The notes below the pieces were generated by a model that saw only the letters and a program-made list of their open reading frames with translations, had not been told where the DNA came from and did no database searches. Position numbers and translations under genes: made by a program. This document shows, one piece after another, positions 28,102 through 39,300 of a DNA stretch of 64,000 nucleotides. The stretch's first letter is position 1; every line of letters starts with the position of its first letter. Source of the stretch: Dehalococcoidia bacterium (GTDB lineage Bacteria; Chloroflexota; Dehalococcoidia; Bin125); contig OZ241962.1 of the NCBI GenBank assembly GCA_965203995.1, positions 1,290,311-1,354,310 on the forward strand, in the 5' to 3' direction.

Positions 28102-29295
28102 TTGAGCATGGCCGGTGTGTCCGATGTCCGGGAGATCATTGCCGGAGACGGCGAGACGGGCGTGGAGATCACGCGCAACGTGCGCCGCTGGGTCGACGAG
28201 CAGGTCATCCCCAACGCGACCGAGCTCGAGCACTCGGGCGAGTTCCCGGCCAAGATCCACGCCGACATGTGCGAGATGGGCGTCTTCGGGATCACCTTCC
28301 CCGAGTCCCACGGCGGGCTGGGGTTGTCGTTCGAGACCTACTCCGCCGTGATCGAGGAGATCTCGCGCGGCTGGATGGGCCTGGCCGGAATCATCAACAC
28401 CAACGTGATCGACGGCTGGATCATCGACGAACACGGCACGCAGGAGCAGAAGGATCGCTTCCTGCCTGGTCTCGCCTCGGGCGAGAAGCAGGGTTGCTTT
28501 ACGATCACCGAGCCCAACGCCGGCTCGGACGCCCAGGCGATCCGCACCACGGCCTCGCGTGACGGCGACGATTACATCCTCAACGGCAACAAGCTGTTCG
28601 TGACCAACGGCGATCGCGGCGACGTCTACCTCGCCATGACCAAGACCGATCCGTCGGCCCAGCCGCGCCATCGAGGCATCTCCGCCTTCCTCGTCGAGCA
28701 GGACACGCCCGGATTCTCCGTGGCGCGAACAATCGACAAGCTCGGCTACAAGGGTCCCGAGACGGCCGAGCTGTTCCTGGAGGATGCCCGCGTGCCGGCC
28801 GACAATCTGCTCGGCGGGACCGAAGGCCGCGGCTTCCAGCAGATGATCTCGGGCCTGGAGATCGGCCGGATCAACGTCGCCTCGCGCGCGACCGGCGTGG
28901 CGCAGGCAGCCTTCGACGCGGCCATCGTCTACGCGCAGCAGCGCGAGACGATGGGTCAGCAGATTGCCCAGCACCAGGCGATTCAGCTCAAGCTGGCCGA
29001 GATGGCGACCAAGATTCGCGCCGCCCGCCTGCTCACCCGCGACGCCGCGCGCAAGAAGGACTCGGGTCAGCGCTCCGACCTCGACGTCGGCATGGCCAAG
29101 CTGTTCGCGACCGAGGTCGCGCTCGAATGCACGCTCGAGTCGATGCGCGTGCACGGCGGCGTCGGCTACACCAAGGAGTTGCCGGTCGAGCGCTTCTACC
29201 GCGACGCCCCGCTGATGGCCGTCGCCGAGGGCACCAACGAGATCCAGCGCATCGTGATCGCGCGCCGCCTGCTCGAGCTGTACGCGGTCGAGTAA
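28102..29295 (+). CDS. Acyl-CoA dehydrogenase
   Basis: Canonical ACAD motifs GxxGITFPESHGG...CFTITEPNAGSD...YILNGNKLFVTNG...RVHGGVGYTKELPVERFYRDA...EGTNEIQR. The likely true start is the ATG at about 28108 (MAGVSDV) with a GGAGG RBS. Confidence 0.9.
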   Translation: MSMAGVSDVREIIAGDGETGVEITRNVRRWVDEQVIPNATELEHSGEFPAKIHADMCEMGVFGITFPESHGGLGLSFETYSAVIEEISRGWMGLAGIINTNVIDGWIIDEHGTQEQKDRFLPGLASGEKQGCFTITEPNAGSDAQAIRTTASRDGDDYILNGNKLFVTNGDRGDVYLAMTKTDPSAQPRHRGISAFLVEQDTPGFSVARTIDKLGYKGPETAELFLEDARVPADNLLGGTEGRGFQQMISGLEIGRINVASRATGVAQAAFDAAIVYAQQRETMGQQIAQHQAIQLKLAEMATKIRAARLLTRDAARKKDSGQRSDLDVGMAKLFATEVALECTLESMRVHGGVGYTKELPVERFYRDAPLMAVAEGTNEIQRIVIARRLLELYAVE

Positions 29296-29329
29296 CGCAA
29301 TAACTTCTCCCCCCGCTGAGCGGGGGGAG

Positions 29330-29821
29330 ATGCCGAAGGCAGAGGGGGGCTCCGCAATGCCAACCAAGGAACTGTACGGACGCTACCTCGACGAGTTCGA
29401 GGTCGGCGAAGTGATCGAGCATTGGCCCGCCCGCACGGTGACCGAGGCCGATGACTTGATGTTCTGCATGCTGACCATGAATCATCATCCGCTGCATACC
29501 AACAAGCAGTTCGCCGAGGACACGCAGTTCGGCCAGCGCGTCGTCTCGGGGCCCTTCGTCTACTCGCTCATCTTCGGGATGACGGTGCCCACCATCTCGG
29601 GCAAGGCGATCGCCAATCTCGCCACCAGCGACTTGCGCCACACCGCCCCAGTCTTCCACGGAGACACGCTGCAGGCCCGCACCGAGGTCCTCGAAGTCCG
29701 CGAAAGCAAGAGCCAACCCGACCGCGGCATCGTCACCGTCCACACCACCGCCGCCAATCAGGACGGCACCGAGGTTCTGTCATTTCATCGGGCGGTGATG
29801 ATCCCGAAGCGCCCGGAGTGA
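29330..29821 (+). CDS. MaoC-family (R)-specific enoyl-CoA hydratase/dehydratase
   Basis: Hot-dog fold pattern DLMFCMLTMNHHPLHTN...FGQRVVSGPFVYSLIFG. Length about 155-160 aa. Confidence 0.8.
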   Translation: MPKAEGGSAMPTKELYGRYLDEFEVGEVIEHWPARTVTEADDLMFCMLTMNHHPLHTNKQFAEDTQFGQRVVSGPFVYSLIFGMTVPTISGKAIANLATSDLRHTAPVFHGDTLQARTEVLEVRESKSQPDRGIVTVHTTAANQDGTEVLSFHRAVMIPKRPE

Positions 29822-29822
29822 G

Positions 29823-30653
29823 TCAGTCGGAGGTGATCAGATACTCCCGCACGACGCCACGCTCCGTCGAGTTGGAGTTGATGTTCCGGCGAGCCTGAAC
29901 GTGAGTCAGGTCGAAACACTCACCCTGGTAGATGGCCGCCACATTCGGGTGACCCGAGTTGGAAAGCACCACGGACGAACCTCGTTGTACGAGGCGTGCG
30001 GCCGCGGCGGCAAGCCGCTCTTGATCTGCCATACCGAAGTCCTTGGCTGTGTATGAGGTGAAGTACGACGTTTCGCTGACCGGCACGTAGGGCGGATCGA
30101 AATAGACGAAGTCGCCTTCGGCAGCCGCTGCCGGTGCCGCGGCGAAGTCGGCCACCGAGAGTTCGACTCCCTGCAGCGCTTCCGAGACGGCGCGCAAATT
30201 GTCTTCGTCGCAGATGGTCGGGTTCTGGTAGCGACCGTGCGGGACGTTGAAGGCGCCCTTGCTATTGACCCGATACAGACCGTTGTAGCAAGTCTTGTTG
30301 AGGAAGATGAGGTTGGCCGCGCCGCCCAGATCGCAGGTCAGCCGCTTCCCGCGGATCGTGTAGTAGTACTCGGCGCGATCGTCGGCGGTACGGTACTTGC
30401 GCTGATGCACCTGCAACGCCCGGACCAGGCCGTCGACGTTGTCTCGGACCTGTGTGTATGCGTTGATCAGTTCCCGGTTGCTGTCAGAGAGCACGGCACG
30501 TGTGAAGCGGCCTTCGGCCTGCAGCGCGAAGAAGAGTGCGCCCCCGCCCAGGAACGGCTCGTAGTACGTGTCGATCCGCTCAGGCGCGGCATCGAGCAAC
30601 TGCGGCAGCAACGCCGTCTTGCCTCCGGCCCACTTGAGAAACGGTTTGGCCAT
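29823..30653 (-). CDS. Dam-family (D12 class, alpha group) DNA adenine N6-methyltransferase
   Basis: N-terminal FLKWAGGKTALLPQL...YYEPFLGGGALFF (motif I) and catalytic DPPY in FVYFDPPYVPVSETSYFTSY. Start set at the internal Met (MAKPFLKW). Confidence 0.85.
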   Translation of the reverse strand: MAKPFLKWAGGKTALLPQLLDAAPERIDTYYEPFLGGGALFFALQAEGRFTRAVLSDSNRELINAYTQVRDNVDGLVRALQVHQRKYRTADDRAEYYYTIRGKRLTCDLGGAANLIFLNKTCYNGLYRVNSKGAFNVPHGRYQNPTICDEDNLRAVSEALQGVELSVADFAAAPAAAAEGDFVYFDPPYVPVSETSYFTSYTAKDFGMADQERLAAAAARLVQRGSSVVLSNSGHPNVAAIYQGECFDLTHVQARRNINSNSTERGVVREYLITSD

Positions 30654-30654
30654 C

Positions 30655-32672
<2,018 letters not shown>

Positions 32673-32720
32673 CGAGCCTCACCCCTTCCCTCTGGGTGAG
32701 GGAGCGGGGATCGGAGTTGA

Positions 32721-33257
32721 GTGATGTCGGAAACGGTCATCTCGATTCTCGTCTGGCTGCACGTGATCGGTGTCGCAATCTGGCTGGGCGGACAGATCAT
32801 CACCGCGGCCTGCGTGATTCCCGCTCTGCGTGCCGTCGGCGATCGCACGGTCTGGCTCGACGCGCTCGAGGGATTCACCAGGCGCTTCGGACGCGTGGGC
32901 ATCGCCGCGATGGTGGTCATCGTGATCACCGGCGGCGCGATGATCGATCCGCGTCTCGACCAGGTGGAGAACTTCGGCTCCGACCTCTACGCAGCGCGCT
33001 GGGGATACATCTTCGTGATCAAGATGGCCCTCTGGGCCGTGATGATCGGCCTGATCGGACTGCACCAGTTCGTCTTCGGACCGCGGCAGCTCGAACTCGC
33101 CCGGCAGACCGCCGACGCGGATGAGGACACGCCCGAGTTGCGCCGCGTGCGCACGATCACCATCGCCCTCTCGATCTCCGGGCTGCTGATGACCCTGCTC
33201 GTCGCCGGCGCAGGTGCGTTCCTCGGCAATCACAACTTCTCGATGCTGCCGTCCTGA
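32721..33257 (+). CDS. Integral membrane protein (CopD-like / DUF2269-like, 4 TM)
   Basis: Four hydrophobic helices. It overlaps the start of the downstream TlpA-like gene. Confidence 0.45.
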   Translation: MMSETVISILVWLHVIGVAIWLGGQIITAACVIPALRAVGDRTVWLDALEGFTRRFGRVGIAAMVVIVITGGAMIDPRLDQVENFGSDLYAARWGYIFVIKMALWAVMIGLIGLHQFVFGPRQLELARQTADADEDTPELRRVRTITIALSISGLLMTLLVAGAGAFLGNHNFSMLPS

Positions 33258-34213
33258 TGCCGAAGACTCGAACGCGCGGCAGCGTCACGATGCTCGCAGT
33301 CCTACTTGTCGCGTTGACGGCGCTCGCCGGCGCACTGTTTCCTACGCCTCAGGCCCTGGCCCAGGAGACGGCGCTGCGGGTCAACATGGCGATCTGGATC
33401 TCTGACCAGGGAACCGCCGAACTCTGCGTCGACCTTCGCGATCGGGCGGCGCGCGAGACGCGGCAGTGTCCCGAGCGCCGCCGTCTCACCATCGCCCGAG
33501 CCCCCGAGGGCCGCTGGCTTCGCTCGGGCGACCTGCAGATTGGCCCCGAGGTCTCGATCTATGCCCGGGCCAACCTCAGCGAGGGCCGGTTGCGCTACGG
33601 GCTGGGCGTGCGGACCGAGGGCGTTGCCCGAGGACTGCGCGCCGCCGACTGGAGCATCGACCTGGACACGACGGCCGTCAACCAGTGGATCGCCAGCTCG
33701 ACGGTCACGCTGCGCCTGCCCGCCGCGCCACATCCCGAACTCTGGCCGCCGGAGAGCGGCATAGTTCCCGGCGCCCACCGACTCGAGGAGGGCAAACCCG
33801 CCCCCGACTTCCTGCTGCCGGCGCTCGGCGAAGACGAAGACACGTTGGTCTCGCTCTCGAGCGCTCGCAGCGGCGGCGAGCGGCTCACCCTGATTGTCTT
33901 CTGGTCCTCGTGGGCGCCGTTCGTCGATGAGACGCTGAGCGTGCTCGCGGAACTCGCCGCGCGCGAGGACGACGTCCTCGTCATCGGCGTCAACGTCTAC
34001 GAGGTCGAGCAGGACACGGCCGAGGACTTCATCGAGCGTCACGGAACGCTCCTGCTGCACCTGGTCGATGAGAGCGGCTCGGTCGCGCGGCACTACCGCG
34101 TGGACGGCCTGCCCGAGATCTTCGTGATCGACGCCGAGGGCGTCTACCGCGGCGTGATCCGCGGCGCCGCTCCGCTGACCCGGATTCTCGGCGCGATCAC
34201 CGGCGTCGAGTGA
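33257..34213 (+). CDS. Secreted TlpA/ResA-like thioredoxin-fold protein lacking the CxxC active site
   Basis: Signal peptide MLAVLLVALTALAGALFPTPQALAQ. The C-terminal redoxin-fold block LTLIVFWSSWAPFVDETLSVLAEL...VLVIGVNV reads W-S-S-W-A-P-F where canonical members have W-C-x-x-C. Confidence 0.6.
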   Translation: MPKTRTRGSVTMLAVLLVALTALAGALFPTPQALAQETALRVNMAIWISDQGTAELCVDLRDRAARETRQCPERRRLTIARAPEGRWLRSGDLQIGPEVSIYARANLSEGRLRYGLGVRTEGVARGLRAADWSIDLDTTAVNQWIASSTVTLRLPAAPHPELWPPESGIVPGAHRLEEGKPAPDFLLPALGEDEDTLVSLSSARSGGERLTLIVFWSSWAPFVDETLSVLAELAAREDDVLVIGVNVYEVEQDTAEDFIERHGTLLLHLVDESGSVARHYRVDGLPEIFVIDAEGVYRGVIRGAAPLTRILGAITGVE

Positions 34214-34296
34214 GATTCCCGCGGCACACAGGCAGATCGGTCGGATAGCCTGCGCACTGACACACACACGCCGCGGCGCCGACCAGGAGAAGCACC

Positions 34297-35184
34297 ATGA
34301 CCGAGTACGAAGACATCCTCTACGAAACCAAGGGCCGGCTGGGGATCGTCACGCTCAACCGTCCGGAAAAGATGAACGCCCTCAGCCACCGGCTGCGAGC
34401 GGAGCTGTTCGACGCGCTCAAGGTCGCAGAGGCCGACGAGGGCGTGCACGTGGTCATCATCCGCGGTGCGGGCCGCACGTTCTCCGCCGGCTACGACATC
34501 ACGCCGGTGCCCAATCTCTCCGAGTCGGATTACCTCGACTACCGCTCCGGCCTGCCCTCGGTCGGACCAATCCACCCCGGCCAAGGGCAGTGGCCGCAGC
34601 ACCTGCTCTCCGGTTACTGGCAGATCTGGGAGTTGACCAAGCCCGTGATCGCGCAGGTCCACGGCTACGCGCTGGCCGGCGGCTCCGAACTGGCCTCGAT
34701 GTGCGACTTGATGTTCGTCGCCGAGGACGCGATCATCGGCTACCCGCCGGTCCGCGCGATGACCACCGTCGACATCCTCTACCACCCCTGGCACATGGGC
34801 ATGCGCAAGGCGCGCGAGCTGCTCTACACCGGCGACTCGGTGACGGGGCTCGAAGCGGTCGAGCTGGGCTGGGCCAACAAGGCCTTCCCCGTCGACCAGC
34901 TCGCCGAGGAGACCGAGAAGATGGGCGAGCGGATCGCCAACATCGCCCCCGACATGATCCAGATGTCCAAGCGCGGACTCAACCGCGCCTACGAAGTGAT
35001 GGGCTTCCGCACCGCGCTGCAGGTGGGGGCCGACATTCAGGCGTTGTCCACCTACCGCCCCTCGGCGGGCGATTTCGGCCGCATCGCCCGGGAGAAGGGC
35101 CTCAAGGCTGCCCTCGACTGGCGCGACGGGCCGTTCCAGGATTACGGCGCCGCCAAGTCGCGGCCGTCCGCTCCCGGCAGCTAG
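34297..35184 (+). CDS. Enoyl-CoA hydratase/isomerase (crotonase) family protein
   Basis: GRLGIVTLNRPEKMNAL...VVIIRGAGRTFSAGYDI...GYALAGGSELASMCDLMFVAEDA. Confidence 0.85.
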   Translation: MTEYEDILYETKGRLGIVTLNRPEKMNALSHRLRAELFDALKVAEADEGVHVVIIRGAGRTFSAGYDITPVPNLSESDYLDYRSGLPSVGPIHPGQGQWPQHLLSGYWQIWELTKPVIAQVHGYALAGGSELASMCDLMFVAEDAIIGYPPVRAMTTVDILYHPWHMGMRKARELLYTGDSVTGLEAVELGWANKAFPVDQLAEETEKMGERIANIAPDMIQMSKRGLNRAYEVMGFRTALQVGADIQALSTYRPSAGDFGRIAREKGLKAALDWRDGPFQDYGAAKSRPSAPGS

Positions 35185-35309
35185 GGTGAACGGCCATCTG
35201 CCGATTCCACCTAACCAGATGCTGCGGTAGGATGTCTCGGAGTCGTGCGCGCAGATCCGATTGGGCTCAGCGTGCGGCGAAGCGAAGCAGCGAGATGAAG
35301 TAGAGATCT

Positions 35310-35930
35310 ATGCCCAGTCGCACCGGGATTCCTCAGTCGTTCGGCATCATCATGGTGTTCGCCCTGCTGACCGCGGGCATCGTGGCGCTGGTCGGGTTCG
35401 CCATTCACAAGGGCGCCGACCGCAATGTCGTCGAGGCCAAGGCGATCTCCGAGTTGGCCGGCGTCGAAGGCTGGGAGACCGGACTCTTCTGCATCGAGGA
35501 GGGCAAGGAAGACCACCCCTCGCTCTCGCTGACCGAACGACCGCCGGAGACCTGCGCCGAGGCCGAGCCGCTGCCGATTGAAAACCTGAGCGACGACGAG
35601 TGGGGCGGCGAAGACGCGGTCCGCGCGGGCGCCAACGCGCTGCGCGGCGCCGAGCTCTATGTCGCCAACGGCTGCCAGGTCTGCCACGGCGAAGTCGGCG
35701 AGGGTCTGGTCGGTCCCACGATTGCGCAAACCGGATTGGACATCCAGGGCGTGATCGCGCAGTACCGCCAGCCGCGCGGCATCATGCAGGAGTTCCCGGC
35801 CGAAGATGTCTCGGTTGAAGACATCGCCGATGTCTGGACCTGGCTGCAAACCTTGCCGGCCGTCGATCCGCTCGTTGACCCAAACAACGACGCGCTGGGT
35901 CACGAGAACTACGGGCAGTGGGCGCAGTAG
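35310..35930 (+). CDS. Membrane-anchored monoheme c-type cytochrome
   Basis: N-terminal TM helix IIMVFALLTAGIVALVGFAI and a single CxxCH (ANGCQVCHG) with a downstream Met-containing segment. Confidence 0.75.
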   Translation: MPSRTGIPQSFGIIMVFALLTAGIVALVGFAIHKGADRNVVEAKAISELAGVEGWETGLFCIEEGKEDHPSLSLTERPPETCAEAEPLPIENLSDDEWGGEDAVRAGANALRGAELYVANGCQVCHGEVGEGLVGPTIAQTGLDIQGVIAQYRQPRGIMQEFPAEDVSVEDIADVWTWLQTLPAVDPLVDPNNDALGHENYGQWAQ

Positions 35931-35983
35931 GCCGCTCCTGGTCCTGACGACCCCTATCCTCGGTGGCGGACGGGAGGTCTGCC

Positions 35984-36775
35984 ATGGGAAGTCATGCGAC
36001 GCCGACGGCGGCGTACTGGTCATTCTTCGAGCGCTTCAACGCGAAAGATCCGGACGGCTGGGCGGGCGCGATGTCGTATCCGCACGTCCGCGTCTCGGCC
36101 GCGCCGCTGCGCGCGCGGCGCGCTCAACCCGGCGCGCGGACGGCGTCCGGCGTCTATCCGACTCCCCGCGACTACTCCGCGATGGCGGCCGACGCCGGCT
36201 GGCAGCGGTTCGAGGTCACCGGCTGGGTGCGAACGCAGGGCGTCACTCCCCGCGTCGTCCACACCTCCGAATCCAAGGTGCATCTGGCCGGTGGCTGGAC
36301 CCGCTACCGCGCCGACGACTCGGAGATTCTGACCAACCGCGTGCTCTACGTGATGACGCGGACCAACGAAGGCTGGGGCATCCAAGCGCGCTTCGGCGTC
36401 GACGGGTTCCGCAGCGGCGCGGACCGCAGCACGGAGTCCGAAGCCGCGCTCGACGCGCTGGCGCGGCTCATGCAGACGCTCGAACCGGGCGATGTCGAGC
36501 CCTGGCTTGACTGCTTCCATTATCCGCTCACCCTGATCGGCGGGCCGGGTGAGGTCAACACGATGGACGATGCCGACGCGATGCGTGCCGCCTACGGGGA
36601 TTGGGCCGGACAGGCGCTGTCCATCAGTTACAGCGCTGAGGTGCTCGCCGCCGGGGACAGCGGTGTCACGCTGGCGCAGTCGATCACGCGCGGCGACGAG
36701 TCATTCCAGCAGGCGTTCCTGGTCGCGCAGCGAGACGGCGAGTGGAAGATCCTCGCCGTCTCGGCGGTGAGGTAA
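35984..36775 (+). CDS. Uncharacterised protein, tandem NTF2/SnoaL-like fold predicted (paralog 1 of 3)
   Basis: Motifs shared with the two downstream paralogs: AAYWxFFxxxNxxDxxGWAGxMSYPHVRV, HLAGGWTRYRADDSEI, NRVLYVMTRTNEGWGIQ and EPWLDCFHYPLTLIG. GGGAGG RBS 6 nt upstream of the ATG. Confidence 0.5.
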   Translation: MGSHATPTAAYWSFFERFNAKDPDGWAGAMSYPHVRVSAAPLRARRAQPGARTASGVYPTPRDYSAMAADAGWQRFEVTGWVRTQGVTPRVVHTSESKVHLAGGWTRYRADDSEILTNRVLYVMTRTNEGWGIQARFGVDGFRSGADRSTESEAALDALARLMQTLEPGDVEPWLDCFHYPLTLIGGPGEVNTMDDADAMRAAYGDWAGQALSISYSAEVLAAGDSGVTLAQSITRGDESFQQAFLVAQRDGEWKILAVSAVR

Positions 36776-36803
36776 CCGCCGCCGGCCAAGGGAGAGCACA
36801 CTC

Positions 36804-37562
36804 ATGGGTGCGTGTCAGTCAGCCGAGGCGGCCTACTGGGCCTTCTTTACCACCTACAACGATCGCTCCCCCTCAGGCCGCGCCGGGGCGATGAGCTATC
36901 CGCACGTCCGCGTCGCCGCCGGTCGCGACGAGCCCATCGTGACCAATACTGCCGCCGAGTACGAGCAGCTCGACAACTGGTCGGCCGTCGAGCAACAGGG
37001 CTGGTCCTGGACGCAGCCGATCACCCCGCGCGTGATGCATCGCTCGCCCGACAAGGTGCACTTCGCCGGGGGCTGGACCCGCTTCCGCGCCGACGGCTCC
37101 GAGATCAGCCGTAACCGTCTGCTCTACATCGCCACGGAGGTGGACGATGGCTGGGGCACTCAGGGCGCGTTTGGCGTCGAAGGCTGCCTGACCGGCGAGG
37201 CTGCTCGCGAGCCCAACCAAGCCGCGCTGGCGCTCGTCGAGCGGATGATGACCACGCTGGCAGCCGGCGAGGTCGATGCCTGGCTGGATTGCTTCCACTA
37301 CCCAAACGTCATCGTCTTCGCGCCAGGACAGATCGAGTACTACGAAACGCGTGAAGAAGTGGATCAGGCGTATCGACCGTTTGTCAGCACGCCGACGCCG
37401 ATCTCGCACGACACACGGATCACGGCCACGGGTCCGAGGGCTGCGCTGGTTGAACAATCGATCACGCAGGGCGGCGTCTACTTCGAGCAGTGCTTCCTGG
37501 TTGTCGAGCGCGAAGGCGTCTGGGCTGCATCGGCCGTCTCGGCTGTACGGCCCTACGGATAG
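36804..37562 (+). CDS. Uncharacterised protein, tandem NTF2-like fold predicted (paralog 2 of 3)
   Basis: Same conserved blocks as paralog 1: AAYWAFFTTYND...AGAMSYPHVRV, HFAGGWTRFRADGSEI, EGWGTQ and DAWLDCFHYPNVIV. Confidence 0.5.
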   Translation: MGACQSAEAAYWAFFTTYNDRSPSGRAGAMSYPHVRVAAGRDEPIVTNTAAEYEQLDNWSAVEQQGWSWTQPITPRVMHRSPDKVHFAGGWTRFRADGSEISRNRLLYIATEVDDGWGTQGAFGVEGCLTGEAAREPNQAALALVERMMTTLAAGEVDAWLDCFHYPNVIVFAPGQIEYYETREEVDQAYRPFVSTPTPISHDTRITATGPRAALVEQSITQGGVYFEQCFLVVEREGVWAASAVSAVRPYG

Positions 37563-37572
37563 GAAGCGGCCT

Positions 37573-38346
37573 GTGGGGCGCTACGAGTCTCCTGAGGCGG
37601 CCTACTTCGCCTTCCTCGACACGTTCAATGCACGCGACGCCGCCGGCTGGGCGGGCGTCAACTCCTGGCCGCACGCTCGAGTCTCCGCGGCGGCGGCCGA
37701 CAGCTCGGTCCACTGGCGGCCGCCGACTCGCGTGTTCGCCGACGCCGAGGAGTATCTCGCCGAACCGCTCTGGGCCGAGCTCGAAGCGACCGGCTGGGCG
37801 CGAAGCGCCTCGCTGCCGCCGACCGTCGTACAGGCGTCGGACGTCAAAGTGCACCTCGCCGGCGGCTGGACCCGCTTCGATGTCAGTGACGCGGCGATAG
37901 CCGCCAACCGCGTCGTCTATGTGATGACCAGGACCGACGAGGGCTGGGGCATCCAGGCCCAGCTCAAGACAGACAGCTTCGCCGACGGCGTCGACTTTTC
38001 CGCGCAGCAGCTAGCGGCCGTTGACGCGGTCGAGTCGGCGCTCGGGCTGCTCGACGCCGGGGAGATCGACGCCTACTGCGAGGCACTGATCTACCCGTTC
38101 ACGCTCGTCGGTCCGCCGGGTGTGATCATCGTGATCGATTCCGCCGCCGAGATGGCCGCGGCGATGCACAGCGTGGGCGACGACCGGCTCGACGCCGCGC
38201 CCGGCTCCTCGCAGATCGTCAACTGTGGAGCCAGCGGCGCAAACGTCAGCATCCGGGTCGAGCGGGACGGCGCAGCGCAGAACGCGCTGGCTCTGGTCGG
38301 CTTGCGCGAGAACCAGTGGCGGATACTGGCGATGTCGGGGATCTGA
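37573..38346 (+). CDS. Uncharacterised protein, tandem NTF2-like fold predicted (paralog 3 of 3; GTG start)
   Basis: The same family blocks: AAYFAFLDTFNARDAAGWAGVNSWPHARV, HLAGGWTRFDVSDAAIAANRVVYVMTRTDEGWGIQ, IDAYCEALIYPFTLVG. The ORF track shows only a longer in-frame ORF (37276..38346) overlapping paralog 2. The biologically sensible start is the GTG 11 nt after the paralog-2 stop. Confidence 0.45.
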   Translation: MGRYESPEAAYFAFLDTFNARDAAGWAGVNSWPHARVSAAAADSSVHWRPPTRVFADAEEYLAEPLWAELEATGWARSASLPPTVVQASDVKVHLAGGWTRFDVSDAAIAANRVVYVMTRTDEGWGIQAQLKTDSFADGVDFSAQQLAAVDAVESALGLLDAGEIDAYCEALIYPFTLVGPPGVIIVIDSAAEMAAAMHSVGDDRLDAAPGSSQIVNCGASGANVSIRVERDGAAQNALALVGLRENQWRILAMSGI

Positions 38347-38358
38347 CGACGGGCAGGG

Positions 38359-39300
38359 TCAATCGCCCTCGAGCGCGCCGCGCAGGCGTGGATCGAGCAC
38401 GTCGCGCAGGCCGTCGCCGATGATGTTCAGGCTCCAGACCAACAGCGCGATGCAGGCCCCGGGGAAGACCCACAACCACCAGCCGCTGCCGGTGATGATC
38501 ACCTGGCGGCCCTCCGAGACCATCCCGCCCCAGGTCGGCTCGGGCGGGCGGATGCCAAGACCGAGGAAAGACAACCCGGCCTCGGCGATGATCGCGAACC
38601 CCGCACCCAGCGAGACCTGCACGATCACCGGCTGGAAGCTGTTGGGCAGCACGTAGCGCATCATGATCCGGAGGTTGCTGGCGCCGATCGTCTGACCGGC
38701 CAGGACATAATCCTGTTCGCGCACAGAGAGCGCCATTGCGCGCGCAATCCTCGCCACCCAGGGAATATTGGCGATCCCGACCGCGACGATGATATTGATG
38801 ATGTCCCGGCCCAGCACCGAGACCAGCGCCAGCGCGAGGATCAGGCCGGGGAAGGCGAGCACGGCATCCATCAAGCGCATCAACGCCTCGTCGACCACGC
38901 CGCGGGCATAGCCGGCGGCGATGCCGATCGGCAGACCAAAGATCGCGCCGAACAGTGAGGCACCGAAGCCCACGGCCAGCGCCGCCCTGGTCGCGTGCAG
39001 CACGCGGGAGAACGTGTCTCGCCCGATCTTGTCGGTACCAAACGGATGATCGCCATTGGGAGACTGCCAGGAGACGTAGAGGCCGTTCTCGTCGGTCGCC
39101 TGTTCCTCGAAGCCGGGCAGCGGGAAGACGTCAACGAAGATGGCGATGATCCCGAAGACGACCAGGATGAACAGCGCCGGACGCACGAGTCGGACGCGCA
39201 GGAAGCGGCGCATGAAAATGCGCAACGGCTCAAGCCGGCTCGCCTCGTCCGGAACCGGGTAGCCCCCCGCGGTGGTTTCCGCTGCCGCCTGCTCAGCCAT
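38359..39300 (-). CDS. ABC transporter permease (DppC/OppC-type)
   Basis: Multi-TM protein with the permease EAA-like region (IAEAGLSFLGLGI) and the conserved DppC pattern PGLILALALVSVLG. Confidence 0.85.
   Translation of the reverse strand: MAEQAAAETTAGGYPVPDEASRLEPLRIFMRRFLRVRLVRPALFILVVFGIIAIFVDVFPLPGFEEQATDENGLYVSWQSPNGDHPFGTDKIGRDTFSRVLHATRAALAVGFGASLFGAIFGLPIGIAAGYARGVVDEALMRLMDAVLAFPGLILALALVSVLGRDIINIIVAVGIANIPWVARIARAMALSVREQDYVLAGQTIGASNLRIMMRYVLPNSFQPVIVQVSLGAGFAIIAEAGLSFLGLGIRPPEPTWGGMVSEGRQVIITGSGWWLWVFPGACIALLVWSLNIIGDGLRDVLDPRLRGALEGD

Noticed and set aside
27947-28107. Possible 59-aa Pro/Arg-rich upstream small ORF (MNLQPATAIPRDPPAVPLDCPP...) ending in the RBS of the acyl-CoA dehydrogenase gene
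   Set aside because: Composition is typical of a random GC-rich frame. It has no RBS of its own and no recognisable motif. It is mentioned only because it starts right after the ATCTGACC repeat array.
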